Assembly: GCF_009834535.1 (NCBI RefSeq)
Contig: NC_045697.1
Location: 84,570,001 to 84,634,000 of the forward strand
Source of the DNA: Camelus ferus
Lineage: Eukaryota
Length of the DNA: 64,000 nt
Direction of reading: 5' to 3'
The notes under the pieces are model-generated. The model did no database searches, was not told where the DNA came from, and saw only the letters and a list, made by a program, of their open reading frames with translations. Every line of letters begins with the position of its first letter. Position 1 is the stretch's first letter. Below are positions 38,854-51,825 of this stretch, one piece after another. Made by a program: the position numbers and the translations under genes.

Positions 38854-39509
38854 TGTTGTGTGTGTATATATATATATATTTTATTGAAGTATAGTCAGTT
38901 TACAATGTTGTGTCAATTTCTGGTGTATAGCATAATGCTTCAGTCATACATGAACATACATATATTCGTTTTTATATTCTTTTTCACCATAAGTTACTAT
39001 AAGATATTGAACATAGTTCCCTGTGTTATACAGTATGAAGTTGTTGTTTATCTATTTTATATATATCAGTTAGTATCTGCAAATCTTGAACTCCCAGTTT
39101 ATCCCTTCCCTTCCCACCCCAGTAACCATAAGTTTGTTTTCTATGTATGTGAGTCTGTTTCTGTTTTGTAAAAAAGTTCATTTGTCTTTTTTTTCAGATT
39201 TGATATATAAGTTTTATATCATATGGTATTTTTCTTTCTCTTTCTGGCTTACTTCACTTAGAATGATGACCTCCAGGTGTATCCATGTTGCAACAAATGG
39301 TATTATTTTTATTTTTTATGGCTGAGTAGTATTCCATTACATAAATATACCACAACTTCTTTATCAGGTCATCTGTCAGTGGACATTTAGGTTGTTTCCA
39401 TGTCTTGGCTATTGTAAATAGTGCTGCTATGAACATTGGGGTGCATGTATGTTTTTGAATTAAAGTTTCCTCTGAATTTATGCCCAGGGTGGGATTGTTG
39501 GATCATATG
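38854..39509 (-). mobile_element. Cetartiodactyl (camelid-like) L1, 5'-truncated
   Basis: ORF 39254..39436 ([19 protein letters not shown]) is the ORF2 C-terminus; TSD GTAAATATTTT at 38843-38853 and 39510-39520; tail decayed to (TG)/(TA). Confidence 0.92.
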
Positions 39510-40229
39510 GTAAATATTTTGATCAAACAGTTGAACATACCTTTAAAAGGTGAACAAGTAGAATCATATCTAGATTTTTTTTTTTATTTTACAACCACAT
39601 AGTATGAATAGTTTCTAAAAATAGAGCCAGAAGATTATACATACTTTTTTGGAGGATAATTTAACAATTGATGGATTAGGTAACCTGAAAATCCTTCCAA
39701 TCAAAATACCAAAATATAAAGTAAAATAAGATAAATATATTCTAAAAGCATAGCTGAAATTGCAATAAAGTAATGAAAATCCTCTTGGGCAGAGATACAG
39801 ATTATAGATTAAGGGGGCGTGTGAAGCAGGGGTTGAGGTTGTGGGTAGGTGAACCCTCGGAGAAAATCTGAGCTGATTTGTTGTAGCACTGGAAAAGTAG
39901 GGCTAAGGAAGAAGTAGGGGGATAGTTTGTGTTTTAGTGGTGATCCAGGTGTAGGGTCTTCTGATGATGGGCATATGGAATCATACTCTTTGTGTATTTG
40001 GAGCCTTTGGAGATCTATACCTCAGTGAAATGGTAGTTGAGAAAAATCTGCTCACTTGGACAATGAGATGATAGGAAGCTTGTTGGGATAGGCATAAGCA
40101 TTGTATAGAAATAATCTGATTCCCTGAGAATTTGTTAACATAAATCAGCCCTCACATAAGTTTGGGATTTGAATATGAACCACCTGTGAGGTCCAGGAAA
40201 CCCCAGTGTAACAAATTAACATAATGATT

Positions 40230-40956
40230 AACTTTACCTACCAGTATGGCTATGATCAGTAAAAATAACAAGTGTTAGCCAGAATGTGGAGAAATTGGAA
40301 GCCTCTTGCATTGTGGTGGGAATGTAAAATGGTGCAACTGCTGAGAGAAACAGTTTGGTAGTTCCTCAAAAAGTTAAACACAGAACTACCATATGACCCA
40401 GCAGTTTCAATCCTAGGTACATGTCCAAAAGAATTGAAAACAGGGACTTGAGCAAATGTTTGTACACCAGTTTTTGTAATGGCATTATCCAAAACAGCTG
40501 AAAGGTAGAAACAACCTAAATGTCTAGCAGCAGATCAATGGATAAAGAAAATGTGATAGATGTGTATGATGGAGTATTATTCAGCCATGAGAAAAGGAAT
40601 GAAATCTTGATATATGCTACAACATGAGTGGACCTTGAAAACATTATTTTAAGTGAAATAAGTCAGACAGAGAAGGACAAATATATTTGATTCCACTTAT
40701 ATAAACTACTTAGAGTAGGCAAATTCATAGAGACAGAAAGTAGAACAGAGGTTTCCAGGGGTTAGGTGAAGGGGGAAATAAAGAGTTACTTAATGGGTAC
40801 AGAGTTTATGCTGGAGATAATGAAAAAGTTTTGGTTATAGGGAGTGGTGATGGTTATACAACACTGAATGTATTTAATGCCACTGAACTGTATATTTACA
40901 GGTGGCTTAAATGATAAATATTTTGTTATGTATACTTTACCAAAATTAAAAAAAAA
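40230..40956 (+). mobile_element. L1MB-type 3' end
   Basis: 'gtaggcaaattcatagagacagaaagtagaacagagg...aatgtatttaatgccactgaactgta', ending in an A run. Confidence 0.88.
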
Positions 40957-41441
40957 TGGTCTGAGACTGTTGGCCACCTTGAATCATTTGAAGGGAGCAT
41001 ACACAAGACATCTTCAGAGGGACCTGCTGTATCATTCTGAGTTGTGCACTTACTTATTAAGTCCCAATGAAGATAAACCCACAGTTTAAATTGCAGAACA
41101 TATGAAGAAACATTTACTTCATGAGCTAGACATGAAAACATAAATCGACAGACAAGAAAACATCAAGATTATATCCCCAAGAATATCAGCCAACACAACT
41201 ACTTATCAAATGTAATAAAATAAATAAGAAGACAATGGAATAATACCTTCAGAATGCTGAGAGAATATAATTTTAATCTGCAAATCTACCTCAGTTAAAT
41301 TTTTACAAAAAGGTCAAGATAAAATGAAGTTACTATTATCAATGCATTCTAAGGCCTTCAAATTGTTAAAGGGAATGGTAAATATACTGCTTTAATAAAG
41401 TCTAAAATTAGTCAAGGGTGCCTTTTAAAAATTTAGGGCTA

Positions 41442-41764
41442 TGAAGTAAGCCAGAAAGAGAAAGAAAAATACCATATGATACCATTTATATGTGGAAACT
41501 AAAAAAAAAGATACAAATGAACTTATCTACAAAACAGAAACAGACTGACAGATACCGAGAACAGACTTATGGTTACCAGGGGTGACTTATGGTTACCAGG
41601 GGAAGGATAAATTGGGAATTCGAAATTTGCACCTCTTGGGGAGTGATGGAAATGTTGTCTATCTTTGGTGGTGATTTCATTGGTGTATACATCTGTCAAA
41701 ATTAATCAAATTGTACCTGTGTAGTTTACTTTACAGGAATCATACCACAATAAAGGTGGTAAAA
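41442..41764 (+). mobile_element. Chimeric L1 tail: young cetartiodactyl 3'UTR (41442-41631) joined to an L1ME-type tail (41632-41764)
   Basis: First part is homologous to 12960-13125 and 19615-19795; second part 'gagtgatggaaatgttgtctatc...catctgtcaaaattaatcaaattgtac...caataaag'. Confidence 0.7.
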
Positions 41765-42216
41765 TTTTTTTGAAGCTATGGTTCTCAAATTTTTTGTCTC
41801 AGGATTCTTTACAAACTTTTAAAGTTATTAGGGACCCAAAATAGGTTTTATTTATAGGGGATTGCACCTATCAATATTCACCATATTAGAAAATAAAACT
41901 GAGAAAAAATTAAAATATTTATTAATTTATTTAAAATAATAGCATTAAACCTATCACATGTTACCATAAATAATTTTTATGAAAACAACTGTATTTTCCA
42001 AAACAAAAAATATTCATCGAGGAGAGTGGCATCGGTTTTGCATTTTTACAAATCTTTTTATTATCTTGCTTTACTGACTGGATTTACATATCTGCTCTGC
42101 ATTCAGTCTCTTGCAATATGACACACTATCTAGCTTCTGGAAAACCATCGTACACTAATGAAAGAATGAGAGTGACAAAGACAAATAATGCTTTAGCATT
42201 AATAAATAAGAGTTTC

Positions 42217-43762
42217 TCAGTATGGCACTGGTAAAAAAAAAAAAGACACATAGATGAATGGAACAGAATTGAGAGCCCTAGAAATAAACGACACATATAG
42301 TGTCAAATAATCTTTAACAAGGAAGCCAAAGATACTCAATGAGGAAAAAATAGTCTCTTCAATAAATGGTGTTGGAAAAACTGGATATTCACATGCCAAA
42401 GAATGAAATTAAACTGCTATCTTATGCCATTAACAAAAATCAACTCAAAGTGGATTAAAGACTTACATGTAAGAGTTAAACTAGTAAAACTCCTAGAGGA
42501 AAACATAGGAAAAAAGCTCCTTGACATTGGTGTTGATAATGAATTTTTTTTTGGATATAATACCAAAAGCACAAGCAACAAAAGTAAAAATCAACAATTG
42601 GGACCACATCAAACTAAAAAACTTCTGCACTACAAAAGAAACAGTCAAGAAAATGAAAAGGCAACCTGCAGAAAGGGGGAAATATTTGCAAACCATACAT
42701 CTGATAGGGTTTAATATCCAGAATATATAAGGAACTCATACAGCTTAATAGCAAAAACCAAGACAAAACAAAAAAATAATCTGGTTGAAAAATGGGCAGA
42801 GGACCTGAATAGACGATTTTCCAAAGAAGACATACAAATGGCAAAGTATATGCAAAAATGCTCAACATCATTAATCATCAAGGAAATGCAAATTGAAACC
42901 ACAATGAGATATCACCTCACACCTATTAGAATGGCTGTTCTCACAAAGACAAGAGATACTACATGCTGGTGAGAATATAGAGAAAAGGGAACCCTCGTGC
43001 ACTGTTGGTGGAAATATAAATTGATACAGCCATTATAGAAAGCCTTCACTATGGAGGTTCCTTAAAATTAAAAAAAGGACTACCACATGAGCCAGAAATT
43101 TCACCTTTGGGTATTTATTCAAAAGAAATGAAAGTGCTATCTCACAGATATCTGAATTCCCTATTCCCAACAGCCAAAATGTGGAAACAATGTAACTGTC
43201 CATAGATGGACAAATGGATAAATAGAAGTGGTGTATATATATGATGGAATATTATTCACCCATAAGAAAAGGTATCTTGCCATTTGTGACAATGTGGATG
43301 AACCTTGAAGGCATTATACTAAGTGAAATAATTCAGACAAAGACAAATACTGTATGAGATCATTTATATGTGGCATCTAAAAACACTGAGCTCATAGAAG
43401 CAGAGAGTAGAATGTTGGTTACCAAGGGCTGGGAGTTGGGGGAAATGAGGAAATGCTGGTTAAAGGATATGAACTTCCTGTTATAAGGTGAATACTTTCT
43501 GGGATTGTAATGTACGCATGGTGACTATGGTTAACAATACTGTATTATATAGGTGAAAGTTGCTAAGAGAGCAGATTTTAAATGTTCTTACCACCATCAG
43601 TACAGTAATAAAAAAAAATTATGTGAGGTGAAGGATGTATTAACTAACCTTATTGTGATAAACGTTTTGCAACATATATGTGTATCTAATCATAACATTG
43701 TACACCTTAAACTTACCCAATGTATGTCCATCATGTCTCAATAATTAAGTTGGGAAAAATAA
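42217..43762 (+). mobile_element. L1MA9-like, 5'-truncated
   Basis: ORF2 peptides ([26 protein letters not shown]) and tail 'gaaagttgctaagagagcagattttaaatgttc...tgtacaccttaaacttac'. Confidence 0.9.
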
Positions 43763-43793
43763 TTTTAAAGAATTTTGATTTCACCTACCCCAC

Positions 43794-44136
43794 TGTTAGG
43801 GACTGAATGTTCATTTCTCCCCCAAATTTATATGTTGAAACCCCAACCCAATGTGATGGTATTAGGAGTTTGTACCTTTGGGAGGTGATTAGATCATGAG
43901 CACAGAGCCCTTGTGAATTGGAGTAGTGCTCTTAAAAGGAGACCCTAGAAAGCTCCATACCATGTGAGGACACAGCAAGAAAATACCTGGCTATGAACAA
44001 GGAAGTGGGCTCTCACCAGACACCAGGTCTGTTAGCGCCTTGATCTTAGACTTCCCAGCCTCCACAACTGCTAGAAATAAACGTTTGTTGTTAAAGTTAT
44101 CCAGTCTATGATATTTTTGCTATAGCAGCCCAAATA
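43794..44136 (+). mobile_element. MLT1A0-like solo LTR
   Basis: TG start, 'gggctctcaccagacacc...ccttgatcttagacttcccagcctcca'; 5-bp TSD CCCAC at 43789-43793 and 44137-44141. Confidence 0.9.
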
Positions 44137-44821
44137 CCCACCACCACCAAAGGTTCTTGAGGACCCTCAAGGGTTCAGATCACAATTTGAAAATCGTACT
44201 TTGAGAATGAAATTATATGATTAGATTAAAAATACAGCTATGTGCCATTCATAGGAAAAATAAAAACATGCATGTGTATAGAATCAGACTTGGTAGGCTT
44301 TCAGGCAAAAATTGTTACTGAAGATAAAAGGATAACAATATTATGATGGAAACATCCAACAATCCTAAACTTATAATGTACATAATAGCCACTAAATACA
44401 TAAAGACAAATTTGACAAATCCATATTCATAGTGGAATATGTTAACCACGTAGTGGATATGTTAACATGTAGCTCTGTGTAATTGCTAGATTCTCAGACA
44501 AGTAAACAGCAGAATAAACAAGTTTGTTCTAATTGACCTAGGGATGTGCTGACACTCTTACCAGTGCCAGATACTTAATAAAGTGTGTGAATTTAACCTC
44601 TGTAATGCTGAAGGTTAAAACTGTGGCTCTCACAACCTTATGTTCCCACTGAGAGGCTTTCTAATAAAGATTGAGTTAATTTGGAGGAAAGTAATTTGGG
44701 CACTCTAGGACTCTTAATTAACTCTACTGAGCTATTGGAACACTTTATTGCACTATTTAGGAAGTATTGCTTGGGCAACTGCTGTAATGCTGCTGTACTT
44801 GTTCAAAATAAGCATAGTTTG

Positions 44822-44952
44822 ATAGCTCACAGCAAAAAAATGTGACAATGAATATATGTATGTTCATATATAACTGAAAAATTGTGCTCTACACTGGAAT
44901 TTGACACAACAGTGTAAAATGACTGTAACTCAATAAAAAAAGTTAAAAAATT
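44822..44952 (+). mobile_element. Short L1 3' tail (camelid-like subfamily)
   Basis: 'tgtgacaatgaatatatgtatgttcat...gactgtaactcaataaaaaa'; degenerate TSD 44805-44821 / 44953-44969 (14 of 17 identical). Confidence 0.8.
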
Positions 44953-46219
44953 AAAGTAAGTATAGCTTGCTCCTAATGAGGAATAGTGAGGAAACTTATC
45001 TATGTCCAAGAACATGGAAGTGAAGAAATAAGATTGCCTCTCAGAACCAGCTTATTAAATCAGTTCATACTGGATCAGAAAAAATATTCAGGTCACTTTA
45101 AATGAATCAGGTAATTATTTATTTGGCATTATTTTAAGTGGTTTACTCACATATTCCCCAGTTAGGCTTACCCATAACCTTTTTGAAAACTTTAACATGT
45201 TGAAGAAAACACTATTATACAAGAGAATATTATGCCCCTTTTAGGAAAGGAAAGTTCATAAGTAATTTTTCCAAGTGTGTCCCTAGCATTAACCAGGAAA
45301 AGCTTGCCTTGGCCAACAGATTTGATGATGTGGCCCTTGCTACATACCTAGTGGGATAGCTTGGTAACTCTGGCCATCCAGAGGAGACAATTAATTTACT
45401 TTGCTCTGATTCTTTGCTTTTTCAAGTGATGTTGCATATGATTTGGCTTCCTGCATATTTTTTGCCTATAGGTATATTCTCCTATAATTTACTAATTAGT
45501 GAACGCAAGTCATAATTGTTCTCTGTAAAGTCAGAGTGGCATCCTTTTTAAAATGTACCAGTTGCTTCTGGATTTGGTTACTGTTAAGTCATCTCTCCAG
45601 AGTCTGATTTCCCCCTGGATGTACCAGAAATCAGAATCTCAGACATCCAAAGCTGAACTGGAATGAGATGGTGGTCCCAAGGTCCTCCTGACTGTGTGGC
45701 CTGTTGGGAAGCCAACAGATCTCTCCCAAGAGACAGTTTACCTCATCGCCGTATGTTCCACTCACAATGCAACACTTACTGCCCCAAGTATGGGCATGCT
45801 TGGGCTCATCCTGTGTTCAGTCATTAGAGGAGAGTAAATCAGTACCTTTTCCCCTATTGTTTTGCATAGATTTGACCGCAAATACATTGGACCCCTAGTA
45901 CACTGTTAGGATGGCAGAGTATTAAGGTGAAATAAGAATTTACAGACTTTCAAACATTTTATAGTGTAGAGATGATTAAACAAGTGAGCAATAGTACAAG
46001 ACAACTGTAAATAAGAGTTCTGCCAGGGATACAGAAAATGGCTGTGATGTTCAGGGGAAATAGAAATTACCACCGCGTGAGAAGAAAGGCTTAATGGAGG
46101 AGGTATTATGTAAAACAACTTTGAATAATTGTGACGATATTTTCAAAACCCAATTCTGTTTAAAAATTCTTTCCTTACCCCAACACATATGCCTAAACCC
46201 GTTTGGTGGCTTCCTACTG

Positions 46220-46763
46220 TTGAGAAACAAAGGCTAAAATATTCAGCATGCCTGCTTCTCCAGCATATCTGGTCCTGTGCTCTCTGCTCTCCAGTACTCT
46301 GGACTTCTTTTGGCTCCTCTGTAATACCATGCTCCCTCCTGCTGTAACAACTTTGGACATGCCACTCCCTCTGCCTGAAACCCATCCACCCACCATTTCG
46401 TCTGTATTTCCTAGTCTGCTCTTACAAAAATCTCTTGATTACAGTTCAGAATTTATCTCATCAGACAAAATCTGCTTGTTTCGTTATAAATGAGATCCGC
46501 TTGTTAAATGCTCTCACATACCACTTAACGTTTATTCCCAATGCGTATATTGTGCTGTTTCACAGTTCTAATTGTACACATTCATGTGTGATTATTTGAT
46601 TACAGTCTGAACCCAGATACTCCAGACTATAAACTCAAAGAGGGATGAAATCTCATTTATAAATTTTGTTTGTTTGTTTTTAGCATTGGCTGCTTACCAC
46701 CCTGCACACAGGTGGTAACTTGACACATGGTAGCTGTGCAATAAATATTTGTTGAATGAATGA
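46220..46763 (+). mobile_element. L2 3' end
   Basis: Ends 'tgacacatggtagctgtgcaataaatatttgttgaatgaatga'. Confidence 0.85.
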
Positions 46764-47225
46764 GAAATGTAGAAAAGGAGAAGTTGTTTCAGATTGTGGG
46801 CAAAGTGCAAACCAAAATACAGAGGTGAAAAGAGCTATCCAAGCTCAAGGACATGGGAAATTTTGTTTTAATGGCAGAGAGTATTACTGAGCTGCAGGAT
46901 ATTACTGAGCTGAGGAGTTAATGCCTCAGGAAAGGACTAATCCTCACTAAAAACACCCCTTGCTATTGACCAGACCCTTGACAAGAATGGTTCATTGTTT
47001 ATCAAGTTGGCAGATAAATGTGACAAAAGTCTGATCACTTACAGAAACAATTAGCAATGTTTAAAAAATATATGTTAATTGAATGTATGAAATATGGTCA
47101 AGATCGGGTACCAGTGTAAAAGCTTGACAGAAGCAAACAAAGCACCTTGTCTCAGCATGCAGTGACGTTGTTAGTTTTTCAGAAAGAATTCTGGCCTTAG
47201 AACAAACCACATGTAGATATAATTT

Positions 47226-50200
47226 CCTTTTTTAAAACTTGTATTAATGTAAAATTTATATATAGTGAAATGCATATATCCTAAGTGTATAATTTGAAGA
47301 GTTTTGGCAAAGTCACATAAACCTAACCCACATTGTTTTTCAAGATAATGGAATTTTTTTCCTTCATCCCAGAATGTTCCTTCTTGCCCTTTTCCAGTCA
47401 ACTCCCTTTCCCACAGGAAACTACTGTTCTGAAATCTAAACCCATAAAGTAGTAGTTCTGCCTGTCTGGATCATCATATAAGTGAAAATATACAGTAAGC
47501 ATAATTTTGTGTCTGCATATTTTGCTCAGTGTATTTTGGAGATTGACCCATGTTGTTGCATACAGGAGTAGTTCATTCCTTCATGTCGCTTAATAATATT
47601 CCGTTGTCTGAATATACCACAACTTGTTTACTCATTTTCCTTTTGACATACATTTGGATTGCTTCCATTTAGGGCTTTTTATGAATAAATAATGTGAATT
47701 ATAACTATGAACTTTTTATCAACTTATGAATAAATTTGCTGTAAACATTCTTGTGCAGATATTTGTGGACATACGTTTACTTTAATCTCAGGTATATACC
47801 TAGGGAATTGATGGGGCATAGGTAGGAACTTTATTAATATTATGGGAACCTCACAGCTGTTTTCCAAAGCTTGTACATTTTACCCTCCCGCTAGTGACAT
47901 GTGAGAGTTCTGGTTGTTCTCACCAGCACTTGGTATTGTCATTGTTTTTGAGTCATCCTAGTGTGTAGTAGTATTGCATTTTGGTTTTAATTTTAATTTC
48001 CCTGATGATGAATGATGTTAAGCACTTTTCATGTCTTACTGGTTATTTGTATATTTTCCTTTGTGAAGTATCTGTTTGATCTTTTGCCAATTTTTTTAGC
48101 ATAGGTTGTCTCATTATAAGTGATTTAGACTTTATATATTTTAGAAAAAAGTCCTGTATTTTGCAAAGATTTTCTCTTGGTCTATCCCTTGCTTATTCTT
48201 AATAGTGTCTCTGATGAGCATAAGTTTTTAATTTGAATAAAATCTAGTTTGTCATTTTTTAATGGTTAGTGCTTTCTGTGTCCTAAGAAGTGTTTGCCTT
48301 ACTTAAGTTGGCAAAAAATTATAAATTTTTTCCTAGATGTGTTAACATTTTAACTTTTGCGTTTAGGTTTATGATTTTAAATAAGTTTGGGTTTATTTAT
48401 GCGATTCTATGGTTTTTCTTTGATCAACTTGTCTGTCCTTATGCCAGTACTACACTAGCTTGATTACTATGAATTTACAGTATTTCTTGAAATCAAGTAG
48501 TGTAAATTCTCCAGTCTATTTCTCCTTTTTCAAAATTAGTTTTTCTAGATATTTTGTATTTTCATATACATCATTGCATTTTCATATGGAATCAATTTTC
48601 TGGTTTCTAAAAGCAAAACAACTTGAAAAAGCCTACTGGTATTGTGATTGGGGTTGCATTCAATCTACAGATCAACTTGGGAAAAAATAACACTTTAACA
48701 ATACTGAGTTTTCTAATTCATGGATGTATGTTTCTCTTTTAGGTCAAGTGTTCTTTAATTTTTTTCTCAGCAATGATTTGTAGTTTCTTGTGAGGAGCTC
48801 TTGCACTTATTTTATTTATCTCTAAGTATCTTATTTTTTATATTTTTTATGCTATTGTAGTTGATGGTTTTAACTTTTATTTTCTAAGTGCTCATTGCTG
48901 AAATCTAGAAAAACAATTTGTTTTTGTATTTGACATGTATTAGTATCCTGTAACCCTGCTAAATTTACTTAATAGTTCTAGGAGTTGTGTTGTAGATTCT
49001 TTGGTATTTTCTGTTTAAACAATTATCTGTAAATAATGGAGAGTTTTAGTTTTTTTTGTTTCCAGTATTTATACTTTATTTTTCACAGTTTCATTGGCTA
49101 GGACCTCGAGAAAAATGTTGAAAAGAAGTGGTGAGAGTGTAGACATCCTTAAGAAAGCATTCAGTCTTTTACCATCAAACATAATTTTAGCTGTAGGTTT
49201 TCAACAAATACTTGTTATCAGAGTCTGTTCCTAATGTGTTAAAATTTTTTATCATGAAGAGATTGATTTTTTTCAAATTTTTTTCTGAACCTATTGAGAT
49301 GATCATATAATTTTCCTTTTCCATGTTTTTGTGGTTAAGTGTATTAATTGATTTTCTGATGTTGAACCAGCCTCACCTTCCTGTGAAAAATTTCACTTGG
49401 TAATGATATATAGTCTTTTTTATACATTGCTAGATTTAAATTACTAATATTTTGTTAGGGATTTTTTGTGTCTATGTTCATGATAGATATTGATCTGTAA
49501 TGTCCTTGTCTAGTTATAGTATCAAGCTTATCCTAACCTCATAAAATGAATTGGAAAGCATTTCTTCTCCATCTTCCTCTATTTTCTGGAAAAAAAGTGT
49601 GTAGAATTAGTATTATTTCTTCCTTACATGCTAATAGAATTCATCAGAGACTCCACATTGGCCTGGAATTTTCTTTGAAGGAAAGCTTCTAATTACAAAT
49701 TCAAAGAGATACTGTGATACTCAGATTTCTAACTTCTTGTATCTGTTTTGGCAGTGTGTGTCCCTCACCCCAAATTGTTTTTTTGCATTTCACTTGAGTT
49801 GTCCAGTTTTTCAGCATAAAAAATTTTAATATTACCTTTTTGATATTTAATATCTGCAGTTTCCCTAGTGATGCCTTCTTTCATTCCTTTGCGGGGGGGG
49901 GTTACTGTATAGGTTACTTTGAGTCCTATTTTTTTTTTTTTTTTTGTATTGGAGTATAGTCAGTTACAATGTGTCAATTTCTGGTGTACAGCCTAATGTC
50001 CAAGTCATGCATATACATACATATATTCGTTTTCATATTCATTTTCATTAAAGGTTATTATAAGATATTGAATATAGTTCCCTGTGCTATAGCTTTCATT
50101 CTTGATACGAGTATTTTTGCCCTTTTTTATTCTTGATCAGTCTAGTTATGTGTTTATCAATTTTATTAGTCTATTCAAAGAATCAACTTTTGACCTTCAT

Positions 50201-51825
50201 TATTGTGTTTGTTTATATTCTGTTTTATTGATTCCTGCTTTTATATTTATTGTGTTCTCCCTTTAATTTATTTGCATTTAGTGTTCTTTTTATAGTTAAA
50301 TTTTAAGCTTAGATCCACTTCTCTTCTAATATAGAGCTATAAATTTCGTTTTAAGCACCACTTTAGCAGTATCACCCAAATTTGGACCTATTGTGCTTTC
50401 ATTATCATTTAGTTAAAAACGTTTTCTGATTATGCTGTGTTTTCTTTTTGGACTTATGGATTATTTAGAAATGCATTGCTTATTTTGAAATAGTTTTATA
50501 TTTTCACAATTGCCTTGTGTTCTTTTATTTTAAATTTAATTTTATTATGGTTGGAGAGCATACTTTGCATGATTTTAATTCTATTACACTTTGGGGGGAC
50601 TTTTTTTTTTTTGCTAAGTACATGATCTGTCTTGAATATTACATGTGCACTTCAAAAGAATTCTCTAGGTGCTGGGTATAGTATTCCATAAATATAATCG
50701 GTTGGATTAAATTGGTTGATAATGTTCTTCAAGTCTTCTCTATTCTTCCTGATTTTTCAGTTTTCTTATTCTGTCAGTTACTGAGAAGGGAGTGTGAAAA
50801 TATCTGACTATAATTGTGGCTTTGTCTGTGCTTCTTTTAATTTTTTCAGTTTTTTCTGTATGTAGTTTGAAACCCTATTATTAGGTACATTGGAAGAGGA
50901 TTATGACTTCTTGATAACTGTTTAGCATCTTGAAATGTACATTTTATCCCTTCATCTATTTATAATGGCTGTTTTAAGGACCTTACTTTCCAATTCCAAC
51001 ATCTGTGTCATCTCTGAGATTGTTTCTTTTGTCTATTGTTTTTCATGATTACATGTTATATTTTGTGTCTTCACATTCATTTTTGATAGTCTGAAGGGAA
51101 TTATAGATGCTATGTTACTGAGAATCTAGGTTTTGTTTTCCTATAAAGATTATTGAGTTTTGTACTGATGGGCAGTTAATTCACTAGAGGATCAGCTTGA
51201 TCCTATTGAGGCTTGGTTTAAGACTTTATTTGGTTATGCTTACTGTGCCCTTAGTGTAACCCTCCTGAAGTCTCTCCTTTTTAGGCTCTCAACTGAACGC
51301 CCAGAATGTTCGGCAAGTTCTCGTCACTGTGAATGGTTGGAACGCCAGGTTTTCCTAGCACTATATTATCTTCAGAATCATTATTCAACTCACAGTCACC
51401 CGGTAACTATTCTGCTTGAGTCCTTGTAAAATTTTGCCCTGTACATAGTATAAAGTAGTATTTGGCTCAAACTTAGTGGAATCCTGTGAAGATTTCTGTT
51501 GTTCCTTCTTTGAACATTATCTTCCTCTCTGGTACCTTTCCAGCAAATTCCAGTTACTCCAGCAGCCCTGAACACTGATTTTGGTTTCCTCCAATCAGCA
51601 TGATTACTGCTTTCTTTTGAAGTCAACTTGCCTCCACTTCATTTTGGAAAGAGGACTCTCCGGGAGAAAATCAGAGTGAATGTGTAGCTTACTTCATGCA
51701 TTTCTCTTCTCTGAAAGATTACATTCAGTGCTTTCTGTTGTCCAATGCTTGGAAACAATTGTTTTACATAGTGTTTCCAGATCTGTAGTTGTTTATGGCT
51801 GTGTTCTATCATGACCAGAACTTAA
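47226..51825 (-). mobile_element. Long L1ME-type element: 3'UTR and ORF2 (to about 50950) joined to a 5' region (about 50990-51825)
   Basis: Tail 'atagtgaaatgcatatatcctaagtgta...tccttcttgcccttttccagtcaa'; antisense ORF2 motifs 'gttgaaaagaagtggtgagagtg', 'cctcataaaatgaattggaaag'. Confidence 0.82.
49891..50092 (-). mobile_element. Short young L1 3' tail plus 38 bp of extra sequence, nested in L1ME
   Basis: T17 then 'gtattggagtatagtcagttacaatgtgtcaatttctggtgtacagc'; TSD CTTTCATTC at 49878-49886 and 50093-50101. Confidence 0.85.

Larger units (their letters stand above)
41776..44198 (+). mobile_element. MER119-like hAT-Charlie element in three pieces (41776-42215, about 43768-43793, 44137-44198)
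   Basis: Start 'tggttctcaaatttttt gtctcagga', end 'gaggaccctcaagggttcagatcacaatttgaaaatc' (degenerate TIR partner). Confidence 0.72.
39640..44540 (+). mobile_element. Old L1ME-type host element (5'UTR about 39640-40225, ORF1 pieces about 40957-41425, ORF2 start about 44200-44540) split by younger inserts
   Basis: 'aagaagacaatggaataataccttcagaatgctgagagaatataatttt' (ORF1) and 'gattagattaaaaatacagctatgtgc' (ORF2 EN) appear in colinear order around the inserts. Confidence 0.55.

Noticed and set aside
42403..42902. Cluster of ORFs with L1 ORF2 similarity
   Set aside because: Frameshifted fragments of a 5'-truncated L1MA9; not a functional gene. The same applies to 19073..19318, 35491..35700 and 39254..39436.
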